In this document: positions 1 through 11,793 of the stretch, one piece after another
How the letters are laid out: every line of letters begins with the position of its first letter
Position numbering within the stretch: the stretch's first letter is position 1
DNA from: Spongospora subterranea f. sp. subterranea
Taxonomy: Eukaryota
NCBI GenBank assembly: GCA_049724395.1
Contig: JAUGWO010000041.1
Span: forward strand, 1-64,000
Direction of reading: 5' to 3'
DNA: 64,000 nucleotides
Program-made: the position numbers and the translations under genes
Notes under the pieces: generated by a model
What the model was told of the DNA's origin: nothing
The model's database searches: none
Seen by the model: the letters and a program-made list of their open reading frames with translations, nothing else

Positions 1-507
1 CATATGCTGATGATTTACTAACGCTGCTTGTCCCGCCACTTTCATGGAAAAAAATAAGTCGACCACGGGCACGGAGTCCCTTGGTCGGACAAGACGGAAC
101 ACTTGACTAATATTAGCCAAACCGTCCGCGCCGGCTTAGCGCGGATCTATATATAGCCGATCACTGACAATTTCATTGCCAAACCGATAATATGTTGGCC
201 AACAGTATAGGCACCGTGTACAAGTGATTACCGTAAAACCTCCCCCCCCCCACCTTACCTTACCCCCCGCTCCGGCCATAACAGTCGGTCACACCCCACT
301 CTGTGATGTGCAGTTCCATGCTCCCCATTACCACAGGAGGGCAGTTGGAACGGGCAACCTTGAACAGCCATAGAACCGACTGTGCCATGGTAATAATTGC
401 AGGTCAAGCAAGTATGGAAAACGACAGGAGGCTCGAAACAATCAAAGTGGAGTCGACTCATGCTGGCTCTGAAAAAAACTTGCAGACTGGCCGCATCAAA
501 ACAAATT

Positions 508-579
508 GGGCTCAGCCGGTAATCGAAACCGGGACCTTCCCGACCCAAACGGGAAATCATGCCACTAGACCACTAAGCC
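508..579 (-). tRNA. tRNA-Pro (anticodon TGG)
   Basis: Reverse complement GGCTTAGTGGTCTAGTGGCATGATTTCCCGTTTGGGTCGGGAAGGTCCCGGTTTCGATTACCGGCTGAGCCC is 72 nt. It has a paired acceptor stem, a TCCCG/CGGGA anticodon stem around TT-TGG-GT, a TTCGA T-loop, and a downstream TTTT Pol III terminator. Confidence 0.93.
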
Positions 580-3040
580 AATATGTTGAAAGGTAACAGC
601 AAGAATGTACTCATTACCTAAACAACTCAGTAAGCGTTGCAACGTCCCTGTACTCATTCTCACCCTGTTCAAAATACCTGACCAATTGAGTAATTGATTA
701 TATCGGACGGGTTTTTTGCCAAAAAGCAAAGCAATGAGTAAACTGATCCTGGTTGTTTGTCTCGTCTTCCAGGGTATGATGAAGGAGGTCACCAAAACTC
801 ATACACCTTGAATCAATAAATCAGACACATTCTTCTGGTCGACGCTTTTGTAAAACAGTCATTCCCCAGATCAGCGGGAATCAAGGCCGTGATACTCTCG
901 CTGATCATTCTGTAAATTATAGACACAATCGCTGATTTAATTGAAAACTGTTGGCGTTTTGGTGACACATCGTCATGTTTCAGCGATCGCCAAACGCGAA
1001 TCGATCGAGAGGCGTCAATTGCAACTCAGTTCCCTTGTTTTTACCCATTGCCAACACCAAGCAGTCGAACGCGATCAATGAAATCCTGAATTTCTGTAAG
1101 GTTTCGATAAGGTTTGGATAATTGAGACGATACTACTTCCTGGCCATACACCAGGACACAGCAGCATTTTCATTAAAAGTGAATCCGGTCAGACTGTGTA
1201 GCTTTATCCGTTGATTTGCGAGGCGACAATTGGGGCCAACTGCAACAAGATTACACCAGTGGTCAATATCGCCTTCTGATCCTGCAGCTGACAACCCATC
1301 GAAGCCAGGCAATCGCTACAGACTGTGTGATTGTGAATCATTGTAGCCCCACACATTTGTCAATCTTCCATCTATGTATCGGAATACATTGCCGCTTTGC
1401 CTTCCACTTCAAATTGCTGTTTGCGTCTATCATTTCCACATCAATATTGCCATATTCTCAGTTCATGGGGTTCCTTCGTTTTTCCACTGTGTTGCCCTTT
1501 CCCGAACAATGACGGTTTCTGATGTCGTCGAGGAAGTTCTTCTCCCACATCGAAACTCACGCTGCTTTGGAAACCGGTATTGAGATGAAACCCTAAAACA
1601 TTTTTTCCAGGGTGATTGAATTACGACAACTGCTTGTTGATTGATACGTAAAATGAACTGAGAAAATCGTGCTGGTCATGTAAGACCATGTAACACAAAT
1701 TCTGAGATACGCACAAAGTTGTGAATAAATCGAAATTTGCTGAGAGTCAGGCAATTATGGTGAAATGTGCCAAGTTCCTATGGAATATGGAAAAACTTGC
1801 CAAGTTGTTTCCCAGTGATCACACTTGAGCAGAGAAGCTAGAAATTAGACGGGAATATTCTTTGTTTGACTCGTTTTAAAAGTATTCCCCACTCAATGAC
1901 CAACTCCGAAACGATCCATGACGACTAAATCCATACGAAATTGCACAAGACCTGTTGGGAAACGATTGCCTCAAGGACGTTTCCCCACATCGCCACAAGA
2001 AGGCAATCGATGAACTGGCAGATGATGGCCCTGGAGCATGTACTTTCGGAAACTACAGAAAGACTCCAGAGCACTTTGATCTTCGACGAACATTGAACCT
2101 TTATTTCAACATCCATCGTCGTCATGGATACGACAAGCGCCTCATCGAACAACCGGTGGTGGAATTGTCACTGTCTTCAGAATGCTTATTCTGATTTGCC
2201 AGAGGTGATCCGAAATTGTCAGGCGGCCACGTTCTTTGCTTATTTTCTCAATAATTGTCAATGGATTTTGACTCTCGTTGACAGACCAGATATGATAACA
2301 AGTGGTTTGTGATGCTGAGGAATACGGTTTAAAGATCTCATTAAGCGTGATCTGGGAAAAGAGACCAGATTATCCGATGCGTCCGGGGAAACACAACGTA
2401 TCCAGCCGTCGCTTGGAAGTGAACAGCGCCAAGAGTGGACTTGACCTGTGCCAGTCATACCGAAGACAGCAAAGTGCATCGACTCTGAACAAACAATCGA
2501 ACGAACGACCGGGGGAGGCAGTACGTGTGATTTCTTGGCAATCATCGAGTACGAACCAACCCATCGTCGACAAAATGAATCAAAACCGAGCTGAACGCCA
2601 TTTTCGAATTTTTCATCGGTCCACCCCAGAGAAATAATTTGAGTTTAAGGGACTCTGCAACAAGGTCGCGAAGTAGAATTAGTTCCTGCATCCGGCTTCG
2701 TTGCCATCGGTTGTTTGCGATGGGCTCGTCACTTTGACTCAGAGAAGCTTGCTTACATTTCAACCTCAACTCGTTGATGATGGGGTTGTACTTCACTCCT
2801 TGTTCGGAATTTCAAGTGACAAAATGATAAACGAAATCGACAGCAGCATCGGGGTCAACGATAAATTCGAGCGCCGCAACCGAAGCCATATCGCTGCACC
2901 TACCGATCATATTGATTCTCTGGCTTCATCTGGACACATCACTGACTCATCACCATCTGTTATTGTACGCCTATCCCTTCCACCGCGGTTTGGACACTCG
3001 CACACTGTAGCGCCAGCCACTATCCCTCCGCTGTAATTTA

Positions 3041-3122
3041 CAGTTATCCCCCTGGCAAAAAAGACACTACAAACCGGGGAAGTCACTAAATCGGGGTGCC
3101 ATTAAACCGGGGTTTAACTCAG
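3041..3122. mobile_element. Tiny pogo/Tigger-like MITE remnant
   Basis: TA-flanked, with imperfect inverted ends (CAGTTATCCCC... / ...GGGGTTTAACTCAG) and three internal AAAYCGGGG motifs, resembling pogo-type termini. Confidence 0.35.
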
Positions 3123-3927
3123 TAATCGACTGGGGCACCGCTACGTTATTTATTCGAAATCTCACCGTTTTATTATCCCGGTGGATCCCATAATGGCTTC
3201 AAACAAGATGGATCGACGGCATCGGCTTGTTTCTGACTGAGGGAACCTTAACCAAGTGTATTGTATGGTTAAGAACTACTGAACTTCGAGGTCTCCGAAA
3301 ATATGTCGGATTACAGTTCCGATGAATTCGGGGAGCTAAACTCAAGGAATTTGGATGTCGATTTCCCTTCGGCTGTGAACGTGTTCACCGTTGTCGGTGC
3401 CTCATTATTGGAGCCAGAACAGCATATCTGGGAACAAAAGGGAATCCAACCAGGAAACATGACGCTAAAATAAACAAGACAGTCCAGCAGCACTCATTCA
3501 GACGAAAAAGGTGAGCGAATAGGTATTTGCATCTGAAACCTCGGATTGACCAACGGTGCAGATGGAAATGAAGCATTACGAGCGAGACCAGCTAGGAACG
3601 GGTTCTAGCGGGAGGTTGATGAGACCAAACACATCAAATTACATTTTCTCGATCGAATAAACAGTGAAGGACTTGGACCCCAAGTGCGTGGTCGACCGTC
3701 GCCGCTTCTCGAAGCTAACCCATTTAATGAGGATTTGTTCTAATACCATATTACAGTTAAAATGGATCTCACCGTGATCGCATTGTGAAGTTCGTCCTGT
3801 TTGTTGATGTTGGAGAAACTCAATCACTTGACGACAGAATATGGTACAGCCCCTGATTATGGTCGACATTTGTAGGAATGATTAATCAAGGTCGGTTTTA
3901 GTCATTTCTAAGGGGTTGGCAAGTGCG

Positions 3928-5212
3928 TTAAAACTGACAATTTGAGAGGTGTTTAACCTCTGACATCATGATTGAGCTGTCCACAGTATTCGAGCCTGAC
4001 GACCGTATTGGATCTTGAACGAAGCGGTTGACGATGTCGGCGATGATATTATCGCAATATTCCGACCTTTCCCCTTGAACTTTTCCAACGACATCAGAAT
4101 GGGCAGACAAGGATGGGATAGGAACAATAGCAATTTTGGTCCATTTCAGCTTATTCAAATTTGTCATCATAGTTTCTTCGTGGTCTGTGTGAAATTGTAG
4201 AGCGTCCTCAATAGACAAATCGGGAATCGGTTCCTCATCGTCGAGTAATCTCGGTTTTTCACCATAATCGATCGATTCAAATGGGTTTATCCTATTCAAT
4301 CCCGCCGACTCATACGACACAATGACATCAAAACGTGCACATCCATAAGTAATTCTCTGCTCAAACAAACTCAACGAACGAAGGAATAGGTCCGAAGTCA
4401 TTTTCAGGAGCAACGGGTTCTCGTACGAGTCGCAAAGAATGAGCTCTTGAAATGCGGGACCGAACAAGCAGGCGGTGGCCGTGGCGATGCAAGCCATGAA
4501 GCCACGAGCCCAACGCAACATTCCGAGATGGGGAGTGGCGATGGTTATGAAAAGAACCGGCGTCACCACATCGGGGATGATTTCGTTATCGGCTAAAAGA
4601 TGGGCAAGAAATCGACCCGTAATCCCACCCAGAGAATGGCCAATTATCGATAAATGTGTAGCGCGGCATTCCTGAATCTTATCAATGACGTGAGAAAACA
4701 GTCCGGTGGATTGCGAAAATATCGAAGACCGGCTCCGGCCATGATTTACTTCAGGTAGATCCAAAACGATTGAAGGGTGATTTGTACGGATAGCGTTGGC
4801 TAAGTTCCTGAGATCGGCTGAGCTTCCAAATAGGCCATGAATCAGAACGACGAGATGAACCGGTCGACAAGCGCGCTGATCTGATTTCGTGTCAGTCGTA
4901 AGAACGGCAGCGATATTCAATTCTAATATCAAGTCAGATAACCCAATCACTAATGAATTATCATAACGATGTGCCTTTAGATGGATTGACAAGATCGGAT
5001 GATGAAGGGCTGGTCACTTCATCTGATCGATCCAAACAGTTATTAGGAGATGGAAATAGAGGATTGGGTTTTGATGATGTACCAAGTGGAGTCATTGATG
5101 GTTCTGATAACGTATCTGGATCATCAGAATGGTGATCATCATCCTGGAGAGGCCCAATACTATGCGCTGAGACGGCTATGGCGATCGATAAGAGAAGGAT
5201 TCTATGGACCAT
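3928..5212 (-). CDS. Secreted DUF676-family alpha/beta-hydrolase (putative serine esterase/lipase), 2 exons, about 410 aa
   Basis: Motifs HLVVLIHGLFGS, GHSLGG nucleophile elbow and FITIATPHLG. The upstream ORF 4961..5212 carries a signal-peptide-like start (MVHRILLLSIAIAVSA) and joins in frame through a 52-nt GC-AG intron (4974-4923) containing a CTGAC branch site. Confidence 0.85.
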
Positions 5213-6199
5213 ATTGCAACAGATGCAGATAGGTTAATTCGGCTATTGACGGGTTAAAAATTCGGAATGAATATCGATCAAGAACTGTGTTGACTGTTTT
5301 ACCAGTTGGGGTCACTGGACATAATGAAACAACCGGCAGTCAGCACATGGCAGTACAGCAACTGGAACAGTTAAGTGGCACCTCTATGAGACGGAAACCC
5401 CGGTTAAGTCGCAAGGTACTGGGACGGACCATTGATGCCACTTCCGTGGCGCCATTTTGAAGTTCTATACAGTAGAAAATGTGCCGGGTCGGTAAAACTT
5501 GGACAGTGCGGGAAGCCGGGAACTCTACAGCTCTACAGTGCGGGAACTAGAAAATTCAAAACTCCCTCAATATTGCTGGTTTTGAGCCGTTAGACAGCTT
5601 GCTTAATAGGGAATGAAATTCTCTTTCTGTGTAGATAGAGTTTATGCACCAGTCGATTTAACCCACTTCGTCGGAGTTCACCTACCGAACATTCCTGCGG
5701 AGAGCATATAAACGAGTACGGTTTGCTTGTGATGCCCCGTTTACGAAATCGGAAACGTACTGCTGCTGCAGCGGCTACAAGACGATGACAAGGAAACTTG
5801 CTTGACGCAGCAAAACCAGCTCATTTGTTACTGTACCTCCATAAAAATCTGTGCAGTTCAGATTTCCATTTCTGTGCAAGTCAGGGTTGCGGCCAAAGCA
5901 TTTTGAGCGAAACTAGCGATGGAACAGACCAGGGAGATGAGCATGAAGAGGCGGACCGACCTGTTATTCGGCCCTTGGGCCAAATTGTTTGTAAACAGTG
6001 AGGGTTCAGTTCGCAGAACAGAAGCTGGACGACTAAAGATCGATGATAACGAGCAGAACAGTCAATCGTCTGCCACAGGAGGCGATGTATTCGATGACAC
6101 TGCCTATAGCGAATCCGAAAGCAATGAAGTACCATTTTCGGTATATCAGTCGCAGTCAACTTGCCACGATAGCGATATCATTTTTCAAGTTCAAAGAAT

Positions 6200-6830
6200 T
6201 TAAAACACTGATATTTTATGGCTCAGGGGTATTGAGATATAATATTATCAGAAAACTCTCAAAGGCACATCGGAACAGTTTGAGATATCAATTTGACCCA
6301 ACTCCTGTTTTACAATCAATGGTCTTCCTGAACGACCATCTCCATTCTGCGAGAAAAGCAAAAGGATTGTTGCATGTTGTAAAAGAACGAGGGCTTCTCC
6401 CAGAACATGGCAAATGCATTGGTAATTGTAAAGACTGCATAACTAACAAACTCAAGAATTCAGAAATTCGTACATGCTGTGTGACCAGATTATTAGAGTT
6501 GAAGAAGCAAATTTTTCATCCGGAAAATCCGCTCTTCAACAACTTTTCGGAGGACGTGTGGCATCTATGTACATTCCTGCCAAAATTCCATTGTGAGTTG
6601 AAACCAATAGAGAGGGCATGGGGAAGGGCAAACTTGCTTTGTACGAACACTGCGATCATTCGTTTCCCAGCTTACGGAAAAGGGTACCACAGATACTGGA
6701 TGGAATTCCATTTTGTCCGCTAATTGTTTCGGCTGGCAATTCGCTTTGGAGATGCGTACAAGAATGGTCTCAATGGTCGAATAGCTGCTCGCTCGCAAAC
6801 AATTCAAGTCTATGTTGAACATCAGATGGC
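6200..6830 (+). mobile_element. Degenerate Tc1/mariner (IS630-like) DDE transposase, C-terminal part
   Basis: KGLLHVVKERG and FLPKFHCELKPIERAWG, then RLAIRFGDAYKNG in another frame; contains stops and frameshifts. Confidence 0.75.
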
Positions 6831-6898
6831 AATATCGAGTTCGCAGTTTTCCAAAATAAATGCCATGTAACAATTCAAAACCAACTACCGTATAACCC

Positions 6899-7574
6899 AT
6901 GAGTATACCCAATCCGCACTCGTGTGGTGGGATGGTATCGAGTTTGTCGGCGCAACTCACTGGCCTTGGGCGCAACTCACTGGCCTTGGGGCGCAACTCA
7001 CTGGCCTTCAGACTTTCCCCCCGAAACCCGGTAAAATCTGGCCCATTTGTTCGCATAATTTGTTATGCTTATAAATTCTGCTCTTTGATAGGCGCGCCTT
7101 CGCAGAAGAGACACCGCGCTTATAAAGAAAAATCGGGCAAAAACGATGCTCGCGGTTTTGTCTCTGTTATTGCGCATGACCTCTACAGACTATATAATTG
7201 TAATCCGAAAGGCATTTCATTTCGTCTTTTTGCTTAATCAAGTCTTTTCAGTTAAAGTTTCCAAATATGGGGCTACTTACGGCAATGTTCTCAAGGCAAA
7301 AGCGAACGGAAATGCACCGCCGCGCCATGAGGGACAAAAACCGTTTAAAGAATTTTTTGATGACGACCAGTGGAAATATTTGGAAGACTTGCATGAGTTT
7401 GCTAATCCACATCAGCACATTAACAGGATGCCGTCCCGTCTGGTTTTACCTAGAATATTTTTCAACCCTGATATGGTGCAAACAATCGCCGTCAAAACAA
7501 ATTCTATTCTGCAAATATCTGATTTGGAGGTTGAGGACGAGGAACGTACTTCGTGTGGAAGTTTAAGTGTTTGA
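6899..7574 (+). pseudogene. 5'-truncated copy of a spliced unknown gene (left arm of inverted pair)
   Basis: A GT-AG intron after ...PG and a 40-nt GC-AG intron after YNCNPK give a continuous peptide APSQKRHRAYKEKSGKNDARGFVSVIAHDLYRLYNCNPKVKVSKYGATYGNV...FFDDDQWKYLEDLHE...; near-identical to the opposite-strand copy. Confidence 0.55.
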
Positions 7575-8215
7575 TTTTTACACGTTCCATTTTTTACAAA
7601 TAAATTTAAATCATGTTAGCGATGAGAACATTCCTCGTCCTCAACCTCCAAATCAGATATTTGCTGAATAGAATTTGTTTTGACGGCGATTGTTTGCACC
7701 ACATTAGGGCTGTAAAATCTTCTAGGTAAAACCAGACGGGACGGCATCTTGTCAATGTGCCAATGTGGATTAGCCAGCTCATGCAAGTCTTCCAAATATT
7801 TCCACTGGTCCCCATCAAAAAATTCTTTGAACGGTTTTAGTCCCTCATGGCGCGGCGGTGCATTTCCGTTCGCTTTCGCTTTAAGAACATTGCCGTAAGT
7901 AGCCCCATATTTAAAAACTTTAACTGAATAGACTTGATTAAGCAGAGAGACGAAAAGAAATGCCTTTCGGAGTCTGTGGAGGTCATGCGCAATAACAGAG
8001 ACAAAACCGCGAGCATCTTTTTTGCCCGATTTTTCTTCAAGCGCGGTGTCTCTTCCGCGAAGGCGCGCCTATCAAAGAGCAGAATATATAAGCATAACAA
8101 ATTATGCGAACAAATGGGCCAGATTTTACCGGGTTTCGGGAGGAAAGCCTGAAGGCCAGTGAGTTGCGCCCCAAGGCCAGTGATTTGCGCCGTCAAACTC
8201 AATACCATCCCACCA
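6925..8215. repeat. Long inverted repeat 1: arms about 6925-7547 and 7627-8215
   Basis: Direct reverse-complement match over about 600 bp with substitutions and indels. The tandem unit GCGCAACTCACTGGCCTTGG(G) occurs three times in the left arm and twice in the right arm. Confidence 0.95.
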
Positions 8216-8343
8216 TACATTAGGATCAATTCTGTAACTCCATCTTGCTCAGCCTTTGACAGTTTCGCCTTGACCACCTTGATATCCTCTTTCAGATTGG
8301 CGATCTCACCCTTTTTTACATCCTGATCCTAGGAAGACGCCAT
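7606..8343 (-). pseudogene. Second copy of the same unknown gene with coiled-coil N-terminus; premature stop at codon 5
   Basis: Reads ATG GCG TCT TCC TAG, then DQDVKKGEIANLKEDIKVVKAKLSKAEQDG...QAFLPKPG; same intron positions as the + copy, with small deletions. Confidence 0.55.
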
Positions 8344-8519
8344 CAACAGCAGAATGAGGAAGTCAGTCCAACTCTCGGAGGCAGTTTTCAGTCGTTGTTT
8401 GGTTGACAAGTGCGTATTTTGCGCATTTACTGACTTTTCCGGATTCATGCTTTGCTTTGCCCTATGAAGACCAAAGAAAAACCATGAAACTTCATAGTCT
8501 GTTGTTTTGCCTACTCGGA

Positions 8520-9100
8520 TTTCCAATAAAATTCAATGAATTTAATAAAATTCAATAAAATTCAATAAATTCCAATCAAATTTTATTTGAAATACAAAAA
8601 ATGATTATTAATAATGAATTCAAACGAATTTAATACTCCTATCACGTTTGATAAAATTTGTAAATTAACTGCTAAAATTGATGTCAATCAATGGAAGAAA
8701 TTCGATTGCTAATTTCCGAATTACATAAATCAAATTTAGATTGTCAAATTGACAAAAAATTACTCCTTGTTAATAAAACTGAAATTGTTAATTCAAAAAC
8801 TTAACAGAAATGGAGCTTCTGGATTTATTCCTATCTTGCAATTTGTCTGATACTATATTGAATTGGTTTCAAAGAATAAATGATTTTTAAATCTGGTATT
8901 GATTTGGTAGAAACTCGGTATTGTTTGATTGATTTGCTATTGTCTCATATAAAATCTTGGTATTTTTTGGTATTGTTTTGATTGATTTGGTATTGTTTCA
9001 TTTGAAATCTGGAATATGCTCGTAGAATTTCGGTATTGTTTTTGATTAATCCCTTTCTAATTTGGTATATTTATGGTTTTGTTTATTAATTTTTGTTTAC
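8520..9100. repeat. Very AT-rich low-complexity tract with short repeats (AATAAAATTC; GGTATTGTTTTGATTGATTTG-like)
   Basis: Visible short tandem motifs directly downstream of the minus-strand transposase fragment; probably its 3' non-coding region. Confidence 0.55.
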
Positions 9101-9310
9101 AATTCCGAGTTGCCATCCTTTTCCGCCCATTGTTTTTCTTCAGGTCTTCAATGACGTCCGCTGGTATTCGACGATGTGACTTGTATTGTTTGCAAGCGAA
9201 AGCAGCTACTCGACCTTTAGGACCATTCTTGTAGGCGTCTCCAAAGCGAATTGCCAGCCGAAACCATTTGCGGACAAAGGCTAATGGAATTTCATCCAGT
9301 AACGCCTGGC
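9057..9310 (-). mobile_element. Tc1/mariner-like transposase C-terminal fragment; inverted sibling of about 6700-6830
   Basis: LDEIPLAFVRKWFRLAIRFGDAYKNG...KQYKSHRRIP; nucleotide match TTTCGGCTGGCAATTCGCTTTGGAGA to about 6727 on the + strand. Confidence 0.75.
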
Positions 9311-9399
9311 ACGTTCGGGTTGAAATCGATGCTCCAGAACTCAACGTGACCGGCGATGTCTTAAAGTCCCAAGCGCTGAGTTTCCAAGATCCAATTCTA

Positions 9400-9965
9400 A
9401 AAAACCTACGGAGCCTCCATCAATCGGGATTTGAACAAGAAACTGGTTTACTTCAAATGGCTGGCTCGATCGCTACTCGATGATCGAGTGGGTATGTCGA
9501 GTGTTTGACGCTGCGGTGAATGTAATTCGACAAATCCAGAGGCAATCGAAGCAAAGCTGGCATATTTACGCGAGGAGCTAAAGCAATTCAAGCTTGAGAA
9601 CATATGGGTCTGGATGAATCAGCGCTGCAATGTCGAACTAAGTCGTCGAGATCGTAAGTGACGATCAATTCCGATGGACGTGGTGCCAAACACAGGATGG
9701 AGCGCATTACGATTACACCAATTGTAAGCGCCGCCGGTAAAAAGATGAAACTTCAGGTCATCGGCAAGTCGAAACAGCCACGTGCTCTGAAGGAAATTGA
9801 CGTTGAAAAAGGTTTGCTCTTGTACTGTATATGATCGCCAGGTTAAAGCTTGGCAAGACGGATCCTCATTATTGCGCTTGCTTCATCGTATCAATAGGGT
9901 GGCCCGATCCCTCTCTGTAATTTTTGCTGTGTTGATGGATAACTGCAGCTCACACGTTTTCGCAG
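9400..9965 (+). mobile_element. Degenerate pogo/Tigger-type (CENP-B HTH + DDE_1) transposase
   Basis: Across frames: SNGWLDR, LDESAL, ERITITPIVSAAGKKMKLQVIGKSKQPRAL, KAWQD, VLMDNCSSH. Confidence 0.8.
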
Positions 9966-10317
9966 CCAAGGTTCCGGATCCATCAGGTTCACAGAGCACG
10001 TCCTATCATTATGGAAGCATGGTAAATTGCATCTTATTTGACAATGCGCGTGCAGGTCCTCACGGAGTTTAGGGTTTGGGGGGGGACAAAGTTCGGACGG
10101 TTACGGTGGCAGGGGGTGCCACTATCGGGAGGATTGAATGGTCTTTTTTGATCACTTACCTGCGGCGCCACACCGTGGGGCAATGTCCGTCTCGGGCTGT
10201 TGTCCCCTGGTTCGAACATAGTGAGACCTCATGACCACGGAGCAACTTACGGCGTAACGGTTTAGGTCGGTAGGGGATTACGTCACCGTTCACCGTCGCT
10301 CACTCTCTCTATTCGCC

Positions 10318-11793
10318 ATGAACTATTCCGTAATCCTCATCACTGTCGCGATCACATTAGCTCAGTCTATTTTGTCCAACCCTTCGAATCAACATGAATT
10401 ATCGGCGGATATGCCCATACCGATTACGTTTTATCAACGCTGCCGTGATTTGATTAACAACATTGTTCCTCGTATCAAGAATCTTTTCCAGAAATTCGCA
10501 ATGTGCATTCCGGGTTGGAAGCGAAAACATTGTTCGGCTGCTGCATCTAAGAACGATCCAACTGAGGAACTGTTCTTATACGAATCACAAACTGGTGATA
10601 AGCCAATCCCCGATCGTTGCTATAAGGTTTTCACAAAGATGGTTTCGGAACCGCTATTAAAAACTCATCTTAGAGGCCTGCAAGTCGTTCGGATGCTGCA
10701 ACTGAGAACGGTTCAAGTGAGGAAGGGTCGCCCGGCGTTGTTCCCATGGCTATTGTGAGATCAATATCAAATGATGAGAAATGTCCAGTAAATGATGGTG
10801 GCCTTTCAATTGATATCACCAATGACGACGTCGCAAAGAGCCAGTGGTTGAGTTATCCGAGATTATCCGAAGATTTCACTACGGGTTTCACTGACCTCGT
10901 TTCTGTTGATTCTGTCAAGTTTTCATTGCAGCAGATTATTACCTCTTTGGCCAGTGACAAGGTCATAAACACAATATACTTTGACGGCGCATCGAAGATC
11001 GAAGAAATGAAGTGGGGTCAAGAAAAAAGTAAGTTGAAATCAGGTTGGAATTTGTTCGTCATTTTTTATTGGTTACGTAGGCAACGTCTTTAAAAGAACG
11101 ATGAACGGTGTTCGAGCAGCTTTAATACAGATTTATATTGAGATGACAATTGGGTAAGTACAGAGTATTATACTATCAACACAATATTCATGATGTGATT
11201 CCAATGTCGTCAGTGTCCATTACATCAACCAAGATCATGCCGTCTTTACCGTTCATAAAATAGAAACTCCAAGTTCGCAATTTGGGTGTTTGATCGTCCG
11301 CGTCAATATCGATATCAGACAGAAGAAGGATATCGATAGCAATTTTTCTTGTGAGGTTGCGGTTTCGTCAAAGATCGAGGGTCGGGGTATTGTTTGGTTG
11401 TTGGGGAAGCATCATGCAATAACCGGCGTCAAGCAGACTTATACAAATCTTCCTGCAGTTATCTCAAAGCATTGCCAGGATCAAGGCAGGACGGTAATAG
11501 CCAATCAGGCACAACGCCCTGTATCGACTCCAATAAAGCCCCTGGAGAAGGATCAGAATGAGCTCAACTCGATAAAACCTCATTCTGTTGGCCGTTTCCC
11601 TTCTATTATCGCTGCTAGGAAAGATGTGAGGTCCCAAGACTTTCAAATTGTTGCATACGCCCCGAAAGAGATGGCCATACAGGAATCGACGATCACCACC
11701 GCATTTCTTCTCCTAATCGCTATGTTCCTCTGGTTGTGGTTTCTTTGTTTGTCGTTTCGCTCCTATTATCGTTGCCTACATACGCGTTGGTGA
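10318..11793 (+). CDS. Orphan signal-peptide protein with C-terminal TM helix, 4 exons, about 438 aa
   Basis: Starts MNYSVILITVAITLAQS. GT-AG introns 10627-10673, 11029-11080 and 11154-11213 keep one open frame. C-terminal hydrophobic stretch AFLLLIAMFLWLWFLCL. Confidence 0.75.

Noticed and set aside
600..2800. Possible decayed retroelement fragments (LLGNDCL, YGLKISL)
   Set aside because: Motifs are too short and scattered to support a call without a profile search.
6950..7010. Three 20-21 bp direct repeats, superficially CRISPR-like
   Set aside because: No spacers or cas genes; it is a coding heptad tandem repeat in a eukaryotic gene copy.
1586..10075. Isolated AAACCCTA / TTTAGGG telomere-like words
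   Set aside because: Single copies with no tandem array.
10151..10320. ACTTACCTG resembling the U1 snRNA 5' end, with a nearby GGTTCGAA B-box-like motif
   Set aside because: No U1 loop I/II motifs, Sm site or tRNA cloverleaf follow; better explained as a minus-strand CAG/GTAAGT splice donor.
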